Of a stretch of DNA of 20,524 bases, positions 8,221 to 16,631 are shown in pieces. The notes beneath the pieces were generated by a model. It did not search any database, was not told the DNA's origin, and saw only the letters and a program-made list of their open reading frames with translations. Within the stretch, counting starts at the first letter, position 1. Every line of letters begins with the position of its first letter. A program made the translations under genes and the position numbers. The DNA is from an uncultured archaeon (GTDB lineage: Archaea; Asgardarchaeota; Lokiarchaeia; Sigyniarchaeales; SOKP01). Where the stretch lies: assembly GCA_964632315.1 (NCBI GenBank), contig CAZWEM010000060.1, positions 1 to 20,524 of the forward strand. Reading direction: 5' to 3'.

Positions 8221-9192
8221 ATGATTGGAAAAAAACATATTCCACAATGGAAATTGGATGAAGTGAAAGAATTAATTGAGCTATTTAATCAGTTTGACAG
8301 TGTTGCTGTAATTCAAGTCTCTAAAATGAGCGATAAACAAGTTCAAGGAATCAGAAAAACATTGCGTGGAGATGCAGTTATTAAAATGTCAAAGAAAAAC
8401 TTGCAATTAAGGGCTATTGAGCAAGTTATAAAAGATACCAACAAGGAAAACTTAGATAAATTAGCAAAAAACATTTCAGGACAATCAGCATTATGTTTTA
8501 CCAACAAGAATATATTTGATTTACGAAGAGTATTTAATGAAAATCTTTGGATGGTACCAGCAAAACCAGATGAAGAAACTCCTGTAGATATTTGGGTACC
8601 AGAAGGAGATACAGGATTACCCACTGGACAAGTAATAAGTGAGTTAAACATGACTCTTCGTTTACCAACGCGCATTCAAAATGACACCATCTGGGTTCGC
8701 GAAGCTACAAGAACTCACAAAGCTGGTGATTTTGTTGATGTAAAGCAGGCAGCAGTATTAAAAAAGTTAGGAGTAACTCCAATTGAATCTTTAATTAAAA
8801 TCCAATATGCTTGGAGTAATGGGGAGATTTACACTCCAGAGATAATTTACATGGATATTAAAGTCTTCAAGCAAAATATTACTACTGCATTTAATACTGC
8901 TAAGCAAATTGCGATCCAGTTTGGAATAATAGATGAATTAACAATCGAACCGTTAATTCAAAAAGCCCGTAGGGAAGCACTTGGTATTGCTTTTGAAATT
9001 CCTGTTTATATTGATGGATTAAGGGACGATTACATTCGGAAGGCGGTAACAAACGGTAATGCCTTAAATGCGATAGTTTTTGGAGGTAGTAAGCCTGTTG
9101 AAACCAGTGAAAAACCTACTATCTTGGATCACAAGAAAGAGGATGAAGATGAGGAGGAAGAAGAAGTTGGAATTGGAGGTCTTTTTGGATAA
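8221..9192 (+). CDS. rplP0: 50S ribosomal protein L10/P0 (uL10)
   Basis: IPQWKLDEV, IRKTLRG, insertion domain GDTGLPTG, acidic tail ending EEEEVGIGGLFG. Confidence 0.96.
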   Translation: MIGKKHIPQWKLDEVKELIELFNQFDSVAVIQVSKMSDKQVQGIRKTLRGDAVIKMSKKNLQLRAIEQVIKDTNKENLDKLAKNISGQSALCFTNKNIFDLRRVFNENLWMVPAKPDEETPVDIWVPEGDTGLPTGQVISELNMTLRLPTRIQNDTIWVREATRTHKAGDFVDVKQAAVLKKLGVTPIESLIKIQYAWSNGEIYTPEIIYMDIKVFKQNITTAFNTAKQIAIQFGIIDELTIEPLIQKARREALGIAFEIPVYIDGLRDDYIRKAVTNGNALNAIVFGGSKPVETSEKPTILDHKKEDEDEEEEEVGIGGLFG

Positions 9193-9262
9193 TTAAAATA
9201 AATTTTTTAATAATATATGAAAAAATAAAAGCATAAAATAGAATAAAAAGAGGAAAATTATA

Positions 9263-9562
9263 ATGGAAAGCATATATGCTGCATTACTTCTGCATAAAGC
9301 GGGTAAAAAAATAACTGAGGATGCAGTTGATAAAGTACTAAAAGCTGCTGGAGCTAAAGTAGACAGTTCAGATATCACCAAGCTAATTGCTGGTTTAAAG
9401 GAAGCAGATATTGATGAAATCATAAGTTCTGCTGCTGCAGCTCCTGTTATGGCAGCTTCAGTTTCAAGTGCACCTGCAGTTGCAGAAGTTAAAGAAGAAA
9501 AAAAGGAAAAAGAAGAAGAGGAAGAAGAAGAGGAACCAACTGGCATCGGAAGTCTCTTTTAA
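9263..9562 (+). CDS. rpl12: Ribosomal stalk protein P1 (archaeal L12)
   Basis: MESIYAALLLHKAGKKITE, Ala-rich hinge, Glu-rich tail, GIGSLF. Confidence 0.96.
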   Translation: MESIYAALLLHKAGKKITEDAVDKVLKAAGAKVDSSDITKLIAGLKEADIDEIISSAAAAPVMAASVSSAPAVAEVKEEKKEKEEEEEEEEPTGIGSLF

Positions 9563-9650
9563 TCTCCAAACTTAAAAAGATTGGAGATACTGTCTAATTC
9601 TTCAATTATATATTACACTAACGTGTAATTTCTTTTTGTTTTTTTATTTT
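9562..9650 (+). terminator. Hairpin plus T-tracts after rpl12 (probable terminator or processing site)
   Basis: atctccaa (9562-9569) pairs with ttggagat (9581-9588); T-rich tract tctttttgtttttttattttt at 9631-9650. Confidence 0.5.
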
Positions 9651-9757
9651 TAGAAGATAAACAAGTATCATTACAAATACCAAAGTTTTTTTTTAATTTC
9701 ATTTTTTTTAAGATATATCTTTTAAATAACCTAAAATTTGGAAAAAACTGATCAATC

Positions 9758-11209
9758 ATGGCAAGCCGTTTCTTGAAATTCTTTAGCCCATTCGTCCGGA
9801 TAATGCCTGAAATCAAACAACCGCAAAGGGAAGTACAATTTAGAGAAAAATTGATCTGGACAGTGGTTGTGTTGATCATTTATCTCATCATGTCTAATGT
9901 ACCGTTATATGGAGTTACCGTACAAGATACAGTAGACTATTACTATTGGCTGAGGGTAATACTAGCAAGTCAACGAGGAACTTTAACGGAATTAGGGATT
10001 GGTCCGATTGTCACTGCCGGTCTTATCATGCAATTATTACTTGGTTCAAAAATCATCAAGGTTGATATGAGAGATCCTTATGATCGAGCAATGTTCAGTG
10101 GTTCTCAAAAAGTTCTAGCGATGATGCTTACCGTATTTAATGGCATCGCTTATATTGCAGGAGGAGCCTTCGGACAACTTAGCATTATGAATGCTACATT
10201 AGTCTTCTTCCAAATACTTTTTGCAGGATTAGTAATCATATTATTAGATGAACTATTGCAAAAAGGATGGGGTATAGGGAGTGGTGTTTCATTATTTATA
10301 GCTGCTGGTGTTGCAGGTCAGATTTTTTGGAATACATTCAGCTTCATTGAAACTGACCAAACAGGGGCGCGAGGAGTTTTGATTGCCTTCATTCAATCCT
10401 TTACTGATCCTAGTATAAATACCATGGATTTATTTCTCAGAACAAGTCAGCCCAACATTTTGGGTGGAATCACGACAATAATAATCTTTGTCATCGTGAT
10501 CTGGTTTGAATCCACAAGAATAGAGATACCATTGGCGTATAAAGGTCATAGGGGGTTTACGGGAAAATATCCAATGAAGCTATTATATGTATCAAACATT
10601 CCAGTAATATTAGTAAATGCATTGTATGCAAACTTCTTGTTTTTTGGGCAGCTATTGGCCGGCCCAGACTCCGCATTACGACAAATACCAGGTTGGGATT
10701 TTTGGTTAGATTTAATAGGAAAGTTTGAAGCTCCAGCTCAACATGCTGCTCAAGGAAATTATTTAATACCTATAAAGGGAATTCTATATTATCTCACTCC
10801 ACCCCAAGGAATAACAGGTTTAATAGCAGACCCCGGAAAGGCCGTAATTTATTTGGTCATATTCATCTTTCTTTGTGTGATGCTCGGCCGTCTATGGGTT
10901 GAGGTTTCTGGACTTGCCCCACGAGACATAGCACAGCAAATTCTTGATTCTGGTATGCAAGTTCCGGGATTTAGAAGTTCAGAAAGGATTATTGAACGCA
11001 TACTTAAGCGATATATCCCAACTCTCGTGATTCTTAATGGTATGATTATAGCGGTTCTGAGTTTCTTTGCTGATAGTCTTGGTGCACTGACTTCAGGTAC
11101 AGGACTCCTCATCTCAATTGGGATAATCCATCAATATGCGGAATCTTTGAGTAAGGAGATGGCGGCGAGTCAATATCCTGGCATGCGTGGATTGCTTGGA
11201 TTGGATTAA
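9758..11209 (+). CDS. secY: Preprotein translocase subunit SecY/Sec61-alpha
   Basis: EKLIWT, GTLTELGIGPIVTAGLIMQLL, DELLQKGWGIGSGVSLFIA, KLLYVSNIPVIL, VPGFR, GTGLL; about 10 TM segments. Confidence 0.98.
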   Translation: MASRFLKFFSPFVRIMPEIKQPQREVQFREKLIWTVVVLIIYLIMSNVPLYGVTVQDTVDYYYWLRVILASQRGTLTELGIGPIVTAGLIMQLLLGSKIIKVDMRDPYDRAMFSGSQKVLAMMLTVFNGIAYIAGGAFGQLSIMNATLVFFQILFAGLVIILLDELLQKGWGIGSGVSLFIAAGVAGQIFWNTFSFIETDQTGARGVLIAFIQSFTDPSINTMDLFLRTSQPNILGGITTIIIFVIVIWFESTRIEIPLAYKGHRGFTGKYPMKLLYVSNIPVILVNALYANFLFFGQLLAGPDSALRQIPGWDFWLDLIGKFEAPAQHAAQGNYLIPIKGILYYLTPPQGITGLIADPGKAVIYLVIFIFLCVMLGRLWVEVSGLAPRDIAQQILDSGMQVPGFRSSERIIERILKRYIPTLVILNGMIIAVLSFFADSLGALTSGTGLLISIGIIHQYAESLSKEMAASQYPGMRGLLGLD

Positions 11210-11279
11210 ATGTATTTTTTTTAATTCATCTCTTGAAATGTGTTAGATTTTTAATTTTGAAATAATTATTTATCTTAAG

Positions 11280-11951
11280 ATGTTTTTTACTTTATTTCAA
11301 ACCAATCCCTTTTTAGAATGGATGAGTTATCCTCCAGGTTCAATGTTTTTTATATTGTTACTCTCGGTGGGTACAGCACTGCTTAGTGCTGGTTTAACAA
11401 AATGGTTAGTGGATACTGACGCACTCAATAGAAAACAAGTAGCAATCAAAGCACATGAAGAAGAGAAAGAAAAGATAATAGAACTTGCTGAAAAAGATGT
11501 AGAAAAATATAGAAAAGCTCGAAAGCAATGGGAACGAAAAAATGAGATGTTTAAGCAATCTCAACAAAGAATGTCTTTACAAAGGTTAAAACCCTCTTGT
11601 ATCACTTTTTTGCCAATGCTTATTATATTTGGTGTGGTGAGGGGGATTTTTTTAAACAATCCAATTGCATTATCACCCATGAATGCTAATGACGTTCCTC
11701 TTATCGGAGGAATGCTTGCAGCATATACTGGAGGAAACATATATCCATGGACAGAACTTGTATATGGTATGACAAGAACGATTCCAGCTACAGCAGGATG
11801 GATTAATTTCACAGCATGGTATTTTTTATGCAGCTTTGGGATAAACACGCTTGTTCAACGCTTCTTTGGAATGCAGAGTCAGGCCTATGGAGGAATGAAT
11901 CAATTAATGGGAGGCGGAAGGGCAAAAGCACTAGAATTTCCAGATGTTTGA
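11280..11951 (+). CDS. EMC3/TMCO1/Get1 (Oxa1 superfamily, DUF106) membrane insertase
   Basis: TM1, charged coiled coil, LKPSCITFLPMLIIF (TM2), WYFLCSF (TM3 signature); canonical position downstream of secY. Confidence 0.88.
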   Translation: MFFTLFQTNPFLEWMSYPPGSMFFILLLSVGTALLSAGLTKWLVDTDALNRKQVAIKAHEEEKEKIIELAEKDVEKYRKARKQWERKNEMFKQSQQRMSLQRLKPSCITFLPMLIIFGVVRGIFLNNPIALSPMNANDVPLIGGMLAAYTGGNIYPWTELVYGMTRTIPATAGWINFTAWYFLCSFGINTLVQRFFGMQSQAYGGMNQLMGGGRAKALEFPDV

Positions 11952-11981
11952 TTTATAAAATTTAAGTATTTTCTAGTGCTT

Positions 11982-12362
11982 TTAATTATGATGGTGGCTT
12001 GAATTACCTCCACAACTCGCAGCATTTAGCGGAGTAAGTTTTCCATTTATGAACAATTCGATATTTTCTTTTACGCTTTTACCGATTTCACCTTGGTTTA
12101 ATGAAATACCAAATTGTATAAATCCCATATATGGTCGACCACCAATACCTCCCACAATAATATCTGTCACGGATTTATTTTTGAAGTTCATAACCGGTTC
12201 CATACATCCCGAATGCCCTTGATTTTGGAGAGAAAAGACTCTCTCATACGTTAGGTCCTCATTGATTTGGACTCCTAAAAAATAATTACAATGTCCAAAA
12301 TGCTCAGAAATCATATCAGATAATTCTGGACCATTAGAAGGTATACCTATTATTTTTTTCAT
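11982..12362 (-). CDS. NifB/NifX (MTH1175-like) metal-cluster-binding family protein
   Basis: IGIPS, ISEHFGHCNYF, IIVGGIG, C-terminal SCGG..HHH. Confidence 0.85.
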   Translation of the reverse strand: MKKIIGIPSNGPELSDMISEHFGHCNYFLGVQINEDLTYERVFSLQNQGHSGCMEPVMNFKNKSVTDIIVGGIGGRPYMGFIQFGISLNQGEIGKSVKENIELFINGKLTPLNAASCGGNSSHHHN

Positions 12363-12449
12363 TGTTATATCGACTCTTAGAATATTAAGAAAACAAAATA
12401 AGTATCATTTTAAAATTTTATTTTTATCTATTATAATTTTGATTTAAAA

Positions 12450-12555
12450 CGCAACGGATGGGATTCGAACCCATGAGTCCGCGAGGACACTGGCTTTCAT
12501 GTGGAATACATAATTCTTTCCAGGCCAGCGCGTTACCAGGCTGCGCTACCGTTGC
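12450..12555 (-). tRNA. tRNA-Ser(GGA) with a 22-nt intron at 37/38 (12496-12517); CCA not encoded
   Basis: Acceptor GCAACGG/CCGTTGC, discriminator G, anticodon stem CTGGC/GCCAG with loop CT-GGA-A^A, long variable arm GTCC-TCGC-GGAC, T arm ATGGG-TTCGAAT-CCCAT. Confidence 0.93.
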
Positions 12556-12606
12556 TTATATAAGAAAAATGAATCATAGATAAATATATCATCTATAATT
12601 TTAAAT

Positions 12607-12879
12607 TTATTTTGTAGGAATAGGAACGAGCTCACTCATTTTTTTGTTTAACTTTGCTTTTTTTATAGCAGATTCTACTGCAGCATGATCGGCCCCTTTT
12701 TTAATATTTATCATATCTTGGGTTGGTACAATGTGATTATAATTCACTCTTCTTCTCCTCACCTTTAATCCATCAATTAAGACATAATTTTTGTCAATCA
12801 CATCGCATACAACACAATAGTATCCGGCTTCTCTTCCCATTGTTTTTACACATACTCTTCCTATATCATAAACACTCAT
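12607..12879 (-). CDS. rpl14e: 50S ribosomal protein L14e (eL14)
   Basis: IGRVCVKTMGREAG..CVV.DVIDKNYVLIDG..VRRRRVN..HI.PT; GGTGA SD at 12892-12888. Confidence 0.95.
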   Translation of the reverse strand: MSVYDIGRVCVKTMGREAGYYCVVCDVIDKNYVLIDGLKVRRRRVNYNHIVPTQDMINIKKGADHAAVESAIKKAKLNKKMSELVPIPTK

Positions 12880-12905
12880 TTAATTTGTCACCAAATTAAT
12901 TTTAT

Positions 12906-12946
12906 AGATTCCTTATCACTGAAGCAATTTCAGTGATAATTCATCT
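12906..12946 (-). promoter_or_regulatory. Stem-loop with tandem GA core (SECIS/K-turn-like) between cmk and rpl14e
   Basis: Perfect 11-bp inverted repeat 12913-12923/12929-12939. On the minus strand: AUGA-A-UUAUCACUG-AAAUUGCUU-CAGUGAUAA-G-GA. The hairpin is directly visible; the function is inferred. Confidence 0.5.
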
Positions 12947-12991
12947 TTCATCTAAAATGTAATTTATGAAATTATTTCAAAAATAAATTTT

Positions 12992-13531
12992 TTATGATTT
13001 TTGCAATTTAATTTTTGATAAAATTAGCTTTACCACTTCATTAATTGATAATATTTCGGTGTTGATGATTAAATCATGAATAGATTCAAGGGTTTTAAGA
13101 TCCTTCAAATCAATATCATACAAGCGCTTAAATCGTTGAAACTCTGATTCTTCTCTCACAGTTGTTTCTACATATTTTGTTTTAAAATCTGTATTATCTC
13201 TTTCAGCCATCCTTTTTACTCTAATCTTGATGGGACAAGATAGATATATTTTATAATCAGCTAGATCTTTTAAGATGTGACCGCTCAATTGGCTCTCTAT
13301 AACGATATCTCCTTTTTTAGCGATGTCAATTACTTTTTTATCTAATTTTAGGTCTATTTCTGGATGTTCTTCAGCATATCGCGTAAATTCTTTGAGATCC
13401 ATTTCATATTCTTGTGCTAACTCTCGAAATGCTTGCCCAGTCGAGTAATATTCTAAGTTTAATTCTTTTGAGATAATTTTTCCTATTGTTGATTTTCCCG
13501 TTCCATGTAATCCTGAAATGGTTATAATCAT
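12992..13531 (-). CDS. cmk: Archaeal cytidylate kinase
   Basis: IITISGLHGTGKST P-loop, GQAFRELA, IDLKLD, RFKRLYDID; located between rpl34e and rpl14e as in other archaea. Confidence 0.93.
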   Translation of the reverse strand: MIITISGLHGTGKSTIGKIISKELNLEYYSTGQAFRELAQEYEMDLKEFTRYAEEHPEIDLKLDKKVIDIAKKGDIVIESQLSGHILKDLADYKIYLSCPIKIRVKRMAERDNTDFKTKYVETTVREESEFQRFKRLYDIDLKDLKTLESIHDLIINTEILSINEVVKLILSKIKLQKS

Positions 13532-13606
13532 AAATAATTTAATTCAAAGATCAATATAAAATCAAGTAAAATTAGTAAGATATTTATCTTTTAAAATTAC
13601 GTAAAC

Positions 13607-13876
13607 TCAAGAATTCCAAATAGATTCTCTAATTAAATTATGAAGACATCTGGCGCAATATCTGCCACTTTCTAATCTATTAGCTTTACGATGAGTTTTG
13701 TTTGTCTTTTTCATTTTTGCCGGTCTAAGACGAGGAATTGCTTGAAGAGGCCTCTTGCAAATTGAACATTGAGCTTTTTTTGGTTTCTTTCTCCAATAGT
13801 GAGTTGAATTTTGATTTCCGGGTGTAGTTATTGTCTTACGTTTTTGTGCTTTAGATCTTAGTCCAGGTCTTGTCAT
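13607..13876 (-). CDS. rpl34e: 50S ribosomal protein L34e (eL34)
   Basis: RPGLRS, TPG, CSICKRPL and YCARC zinc ligands; highly basic. Confidence 0.94.
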   Translation of the reverse strand: MTRPGLRSKAQKRKTITTPGNQNSTHYWRKKPKKAQCSICKRPLQAIPRLRPAKMKKTNKTHRKANRLESGRYCARCLHNLIRESIWNS

Positions 13877-13958
13877 ATTAAATTCCTTTGTATATAGTAT
13901 CTGTTGATGTGATATTAAAAACTTAAAACTTAATTAATTTTTTGATTTTAATCAGTAT

Positions 13959-14549
13959 TTATATATCTAATTTACACTGGAATTCTTTATACAACAAATA
14001 GAGCTTATCTCCGATATCATCCCGATATTTATTGTTGTTGATGAGTTTGTCTTCATTCTTAATTATTTCTTTTCTTATAAATGCTAATTCTTCACTGATT
14101 TTTTCTAAACCGGGAAATCTTTGAAAGAGCGAGGTTAATTCATTAAATGACTTATCAATTAGATCCAAGTTCTCAGTTATTCCTAATTTTAATATATCCA
14201 TCAGAGTAATAAGAGATGATGCGATTTCTAATGCCAATCCAGGAAGTTCTAATATTGAAAATCTTGAAAATCCATATTTCGATTCTTGAATTTCAATATT
14301 ATTTAAAATTTCAATCGCATTTTGATACTCATTCATATATTTCATCTCATTTAGTAAATCCGAAAGATTAGAACCTTTTTCTTTTATTTTGAAATTAATT
14401 GCTAAAAGCTCGTTATAAGCGTTCTTAACTGATTTTGCATAAAAAATATCAGATATTAACCCTTTATTGTATTTTGAGTTTAAATTTTCAATGGTTTTAG
14501 TAACTGCAAATATTTCCGATTTAAAGACATTGATTTTTTCATCTTTCAT
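13959..14549 (-). CDS. vps28: Vps28-like ESCRT-I subunit (eukaryotic signature protein)
   Basis: SEIFAVTKTIENLNSKYNKGLISDIFY resembles the Vps28 core hairpin ([27 protein letters not shown]). ALEIASSLITLMDILKLGI resembles the CTD helix (IADVVSLFITVMDKLRLEI) and LYLLYKEFQCKL resembles LESAYNAFNRFL. Comparisons are from memory of the human protein. Confidence 0.78.
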   Translation of the reverse strand: MKDEKINVFKSEIFAVTKTIENLNSKYNKGLISDIFYAKSVKNAYNELLAINFKIKEKGSNLSDLLNEMKYMNEYQNAIEILNNIEIQESKYGFSRFSILELPGLALEIASSLITLMDILKLGITENLDLIDKSFNELTSLFQRFPGLEKISEELAFIRKEIIKNEDKLINNNKYRDDIGDKLYLLYKEFQCKLDI

Positions 14550-14567
14550 TAAAATGCAACTATTTAA

Positions 14568-15464
14568 TTATAAACTAAATACAGGGCGAATAAAAAAGAC
14601 AAAAATTGCGACAACAATCCCTATTGTTAATGAAGCCAGTAAAACACGTAAAGTTGAAGAATTTGATAGCTCGCGAATTGCAAGTGTAATTAAAATAGGG
14701 ACCCAAATTGCAATTGTTAATGCATCTAATGTATAGAGAATCATCCAGATAGGACTATTAAATACTGTTCCAAATAAATCTGGAGTAAGAGTAAAGGGGA
14801 TCTGTGTAGTGGGAAATCCAATAAGAATAATAAGGATTTCTATTAAATATATTATTAAAAATGGAGAAAACGCACAATACATCATTTTGAACTTATGTGA
14901 TTGGGTTTGATTAAGCGTACCTCCCTTATAAATGCTAAACGGACTCATTTCTGCTTCTCTATATGTTTCTTTCTGACTAGTCCCTCCAAATCTAGCTTCT
15001 AACTTCTCAGAAAAGCCAACAGCATAATTTGCTCCCTTTATAAATAACCAAATTAATATAGTACCAAAGAAATAAAAAAAAAACAAACCAAGAAGAAAAA
15101 AGAGTGCAAAAACTGTAAAACTAAAAAAAAATGCAAAATTTGGATATGGAGAGGGAAAATGAGATATTAATGCTAATCCAACTAACCCATACATAAGCGA
15201 GTTGAATAATATTATCAAATGTCCCGGAGCTTTATTCCTTTTATGATTGATATCCCAAAATGCTTTATTTGGACGGATAAATAACCAAAGTATCTTTAGA
15301 TACCATGGTGCGGGATTGATCCATTCTGCCTCGATTCTCTTTAAAAAAAAAATGTTTTCGACAGCTTCTACTTTCAATCTTTTCCCACAAAAAGAACAAA
15401 CATAGCTATCACCACGGTTTTCATTTCCACAGCGAGGACATCTTTGATAAGCTTGAGTTGACAT
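14568..15464 (-). CDS. Zinc-ribbon (C-x2-C-x3-N-x6-C-x2-C) plus Yip1-like multi-pass membrane protein
   Basis: CPRCGNENRGDSYVCSFCG; LFIRPNKAFWDI is the PxxxF amphipathic entry typical of Yip1 domains; about 5 TM segments. Confidence 0.7.
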   Translation of the reverse strand: MSTQAYQRCPRCGNENRGDSYVCSFCGKRLKVEAVENIFFLKRIEAEWINPAPWYLKILWLFIRPNKAFWDINHKRNKAPGHLIILFNSLMYGLVGLALISHFPSPYPNFAFFFSFTVFALFFLLGLFFFYFFGTILIWLFIKGANYAVGFSEKLEARFGGTSQKETYREAEMSPFSIYKGGTLNQTQSHKFKMMYCAFSPFLIIYLIEILIILIGFPTTQIPFTLTPDLFGTVFNSPIWMILYTLDALTIAIWVPILITLAIRELSNSSTLRVLLASLTIGIVVAIFVFFIRPVFSL

Positions 15465-15557
15465 TTTTTTTTTTAATAATTTATTTATAAAGTTACAATA
15501 GATTTAGAATATAAAAATTTCTTTGGTTTAAGCAAATTATTTGATTTTTATAATATT

Positions 15558-16631
15558 TCAGATAGTTTCGATTAGGTAGGTATTATTACTTTTTGAAATA
15601 GTGAATCTTCTTTCATTAAATAAATGAATTAACTCGAGATTCGTTTTAGTATGGTTAGTAATCTCACTTACCTTTATACTTGATTTCCCTTTTGCATATG
15701 CCATTAAAGGAATTAATTGATCACTTAAATAATTGTCAACTGGAATATCATTTTTAATATATTTAATTAATTTTCTTGATGCGTTAAGTCCTAGTTTTTC
15801 GGATGAAGTATTTCTATCTCCTAATAATGTTCCTGTTGATATTCGCGCGCCCGTATCTGAATGAGCATATAAATGTAATCCAACTCCAGAACTATAGGAA
15901 TCTACCCATTCAGTTTGGAGATCTAATTCACATTTTGTTGATTTCAACTCATCTGAGATTACCTTTTTAATCCGTTCAGGAATTCTATTTTTTCCTTTGA
16001 GATTAGAAGTGATAATAATTTCACCTTTAATAGAATTAATATTACCAAGATGATCCAAACTTATTGGAGTAATAGATTTTGCTACTTTAGATACGGAACA
16101 TTGTACTCTAGCTCCGCCTTTAGGGTAAAATCCGTGCCGTTGAACTTTAACATCAATCTTTATTCCCGAAGATTTGAAAATCGGATAAGTCAAATCTATG
16201 AGATAATTAATACTTGGAGCCCATTTACCAAATGTTCCACCTCCAAATAAATTAAGACTTATTTTTTCTGATGATTTTAACCCCAAAGCTGCTATTTGGA
16301 TTGGCTGAAGAAGCAAGCCTAAGCTGGCAGCAGTACTAATATTTACTTCAAGATGCTCTTTATAAAATCCTCCAGATGGAATGAAAGAAATCATTTGGGT
16401 ACCAATTTGGGATTTACTGAGATCACTATTTGTGAGTTCTGTTAAAGTCTTTAAACCTAATAAATGTTGTAGCCTCAATCCTGGTTTAGGTCTATTAGTT
16501 CGGATATTATAAATTTTGATTGGTTGGTTATATAAAAAGGAAAGGCTTGCACCTAATCGAATTATGGAACCGCCTCCTTCGCCCATTGATCCATCTATGT
16601 TTAATATTTCTTTGGTTTGTTTATGCTCCAT
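15558..16631 (-). CDS. rtcA: RNA 3'-terminal phosphate cyclase
   Basis: IDGSMGEGGG.IIR, RPKPGLRLQHL, GFYPKGG, YLSDQLI, and the catalytic His in TNHTKTN. ATG 16631 (short overlap with the upstream stop) is preferred over 16679. Confidence 0.93.
   Translation of the reverse strand: MEHKQTKEILNIDGSMGEGGGSIIRLGASLSFLYNQPIKIYNIRTNRPKPGLRLQHLLGLKTLTELTNSDLSKSQIGTQMISFIPSGGFYKEHLEVNISTAASLGLLLQPIQIAALGLKSSEKISLNLFGGGTFGKWAPSINYLIDLTYPIFKSSGIKIDVKVQRHGFYPKGGARVQCSVSKVAKSITPISLDHLGNINSIKGEIIITSNLKGKNRIPERIKKVISDELKSTKCELDLQTEWVDSYSSGVGLHLYAHSDTGARISTGTLLGDRNTSSEKLGLNASRKLIKYIKNDIPVDNYLSDQLIPLMAYAKGKSSIKVSEITNHTKTNLELIHLFNERRFTISKSNNTYLIETI

Noticed and set aside
11982-12362. Nitrogen fixation locus
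   Set aside because: Stand-alone NifB/NifX-family proteins are common in non-diazotrophic archaea; no nif genes in the window.
13562-13609. Selenocysteine read-through of the rpl34e UGA driven by the downstream SECIS-like hairpin
   Set aside because: eL34 is already full length; read-through adds only 14 unremarkable residues (VYVILKDKYLTNFT) before another UGA.
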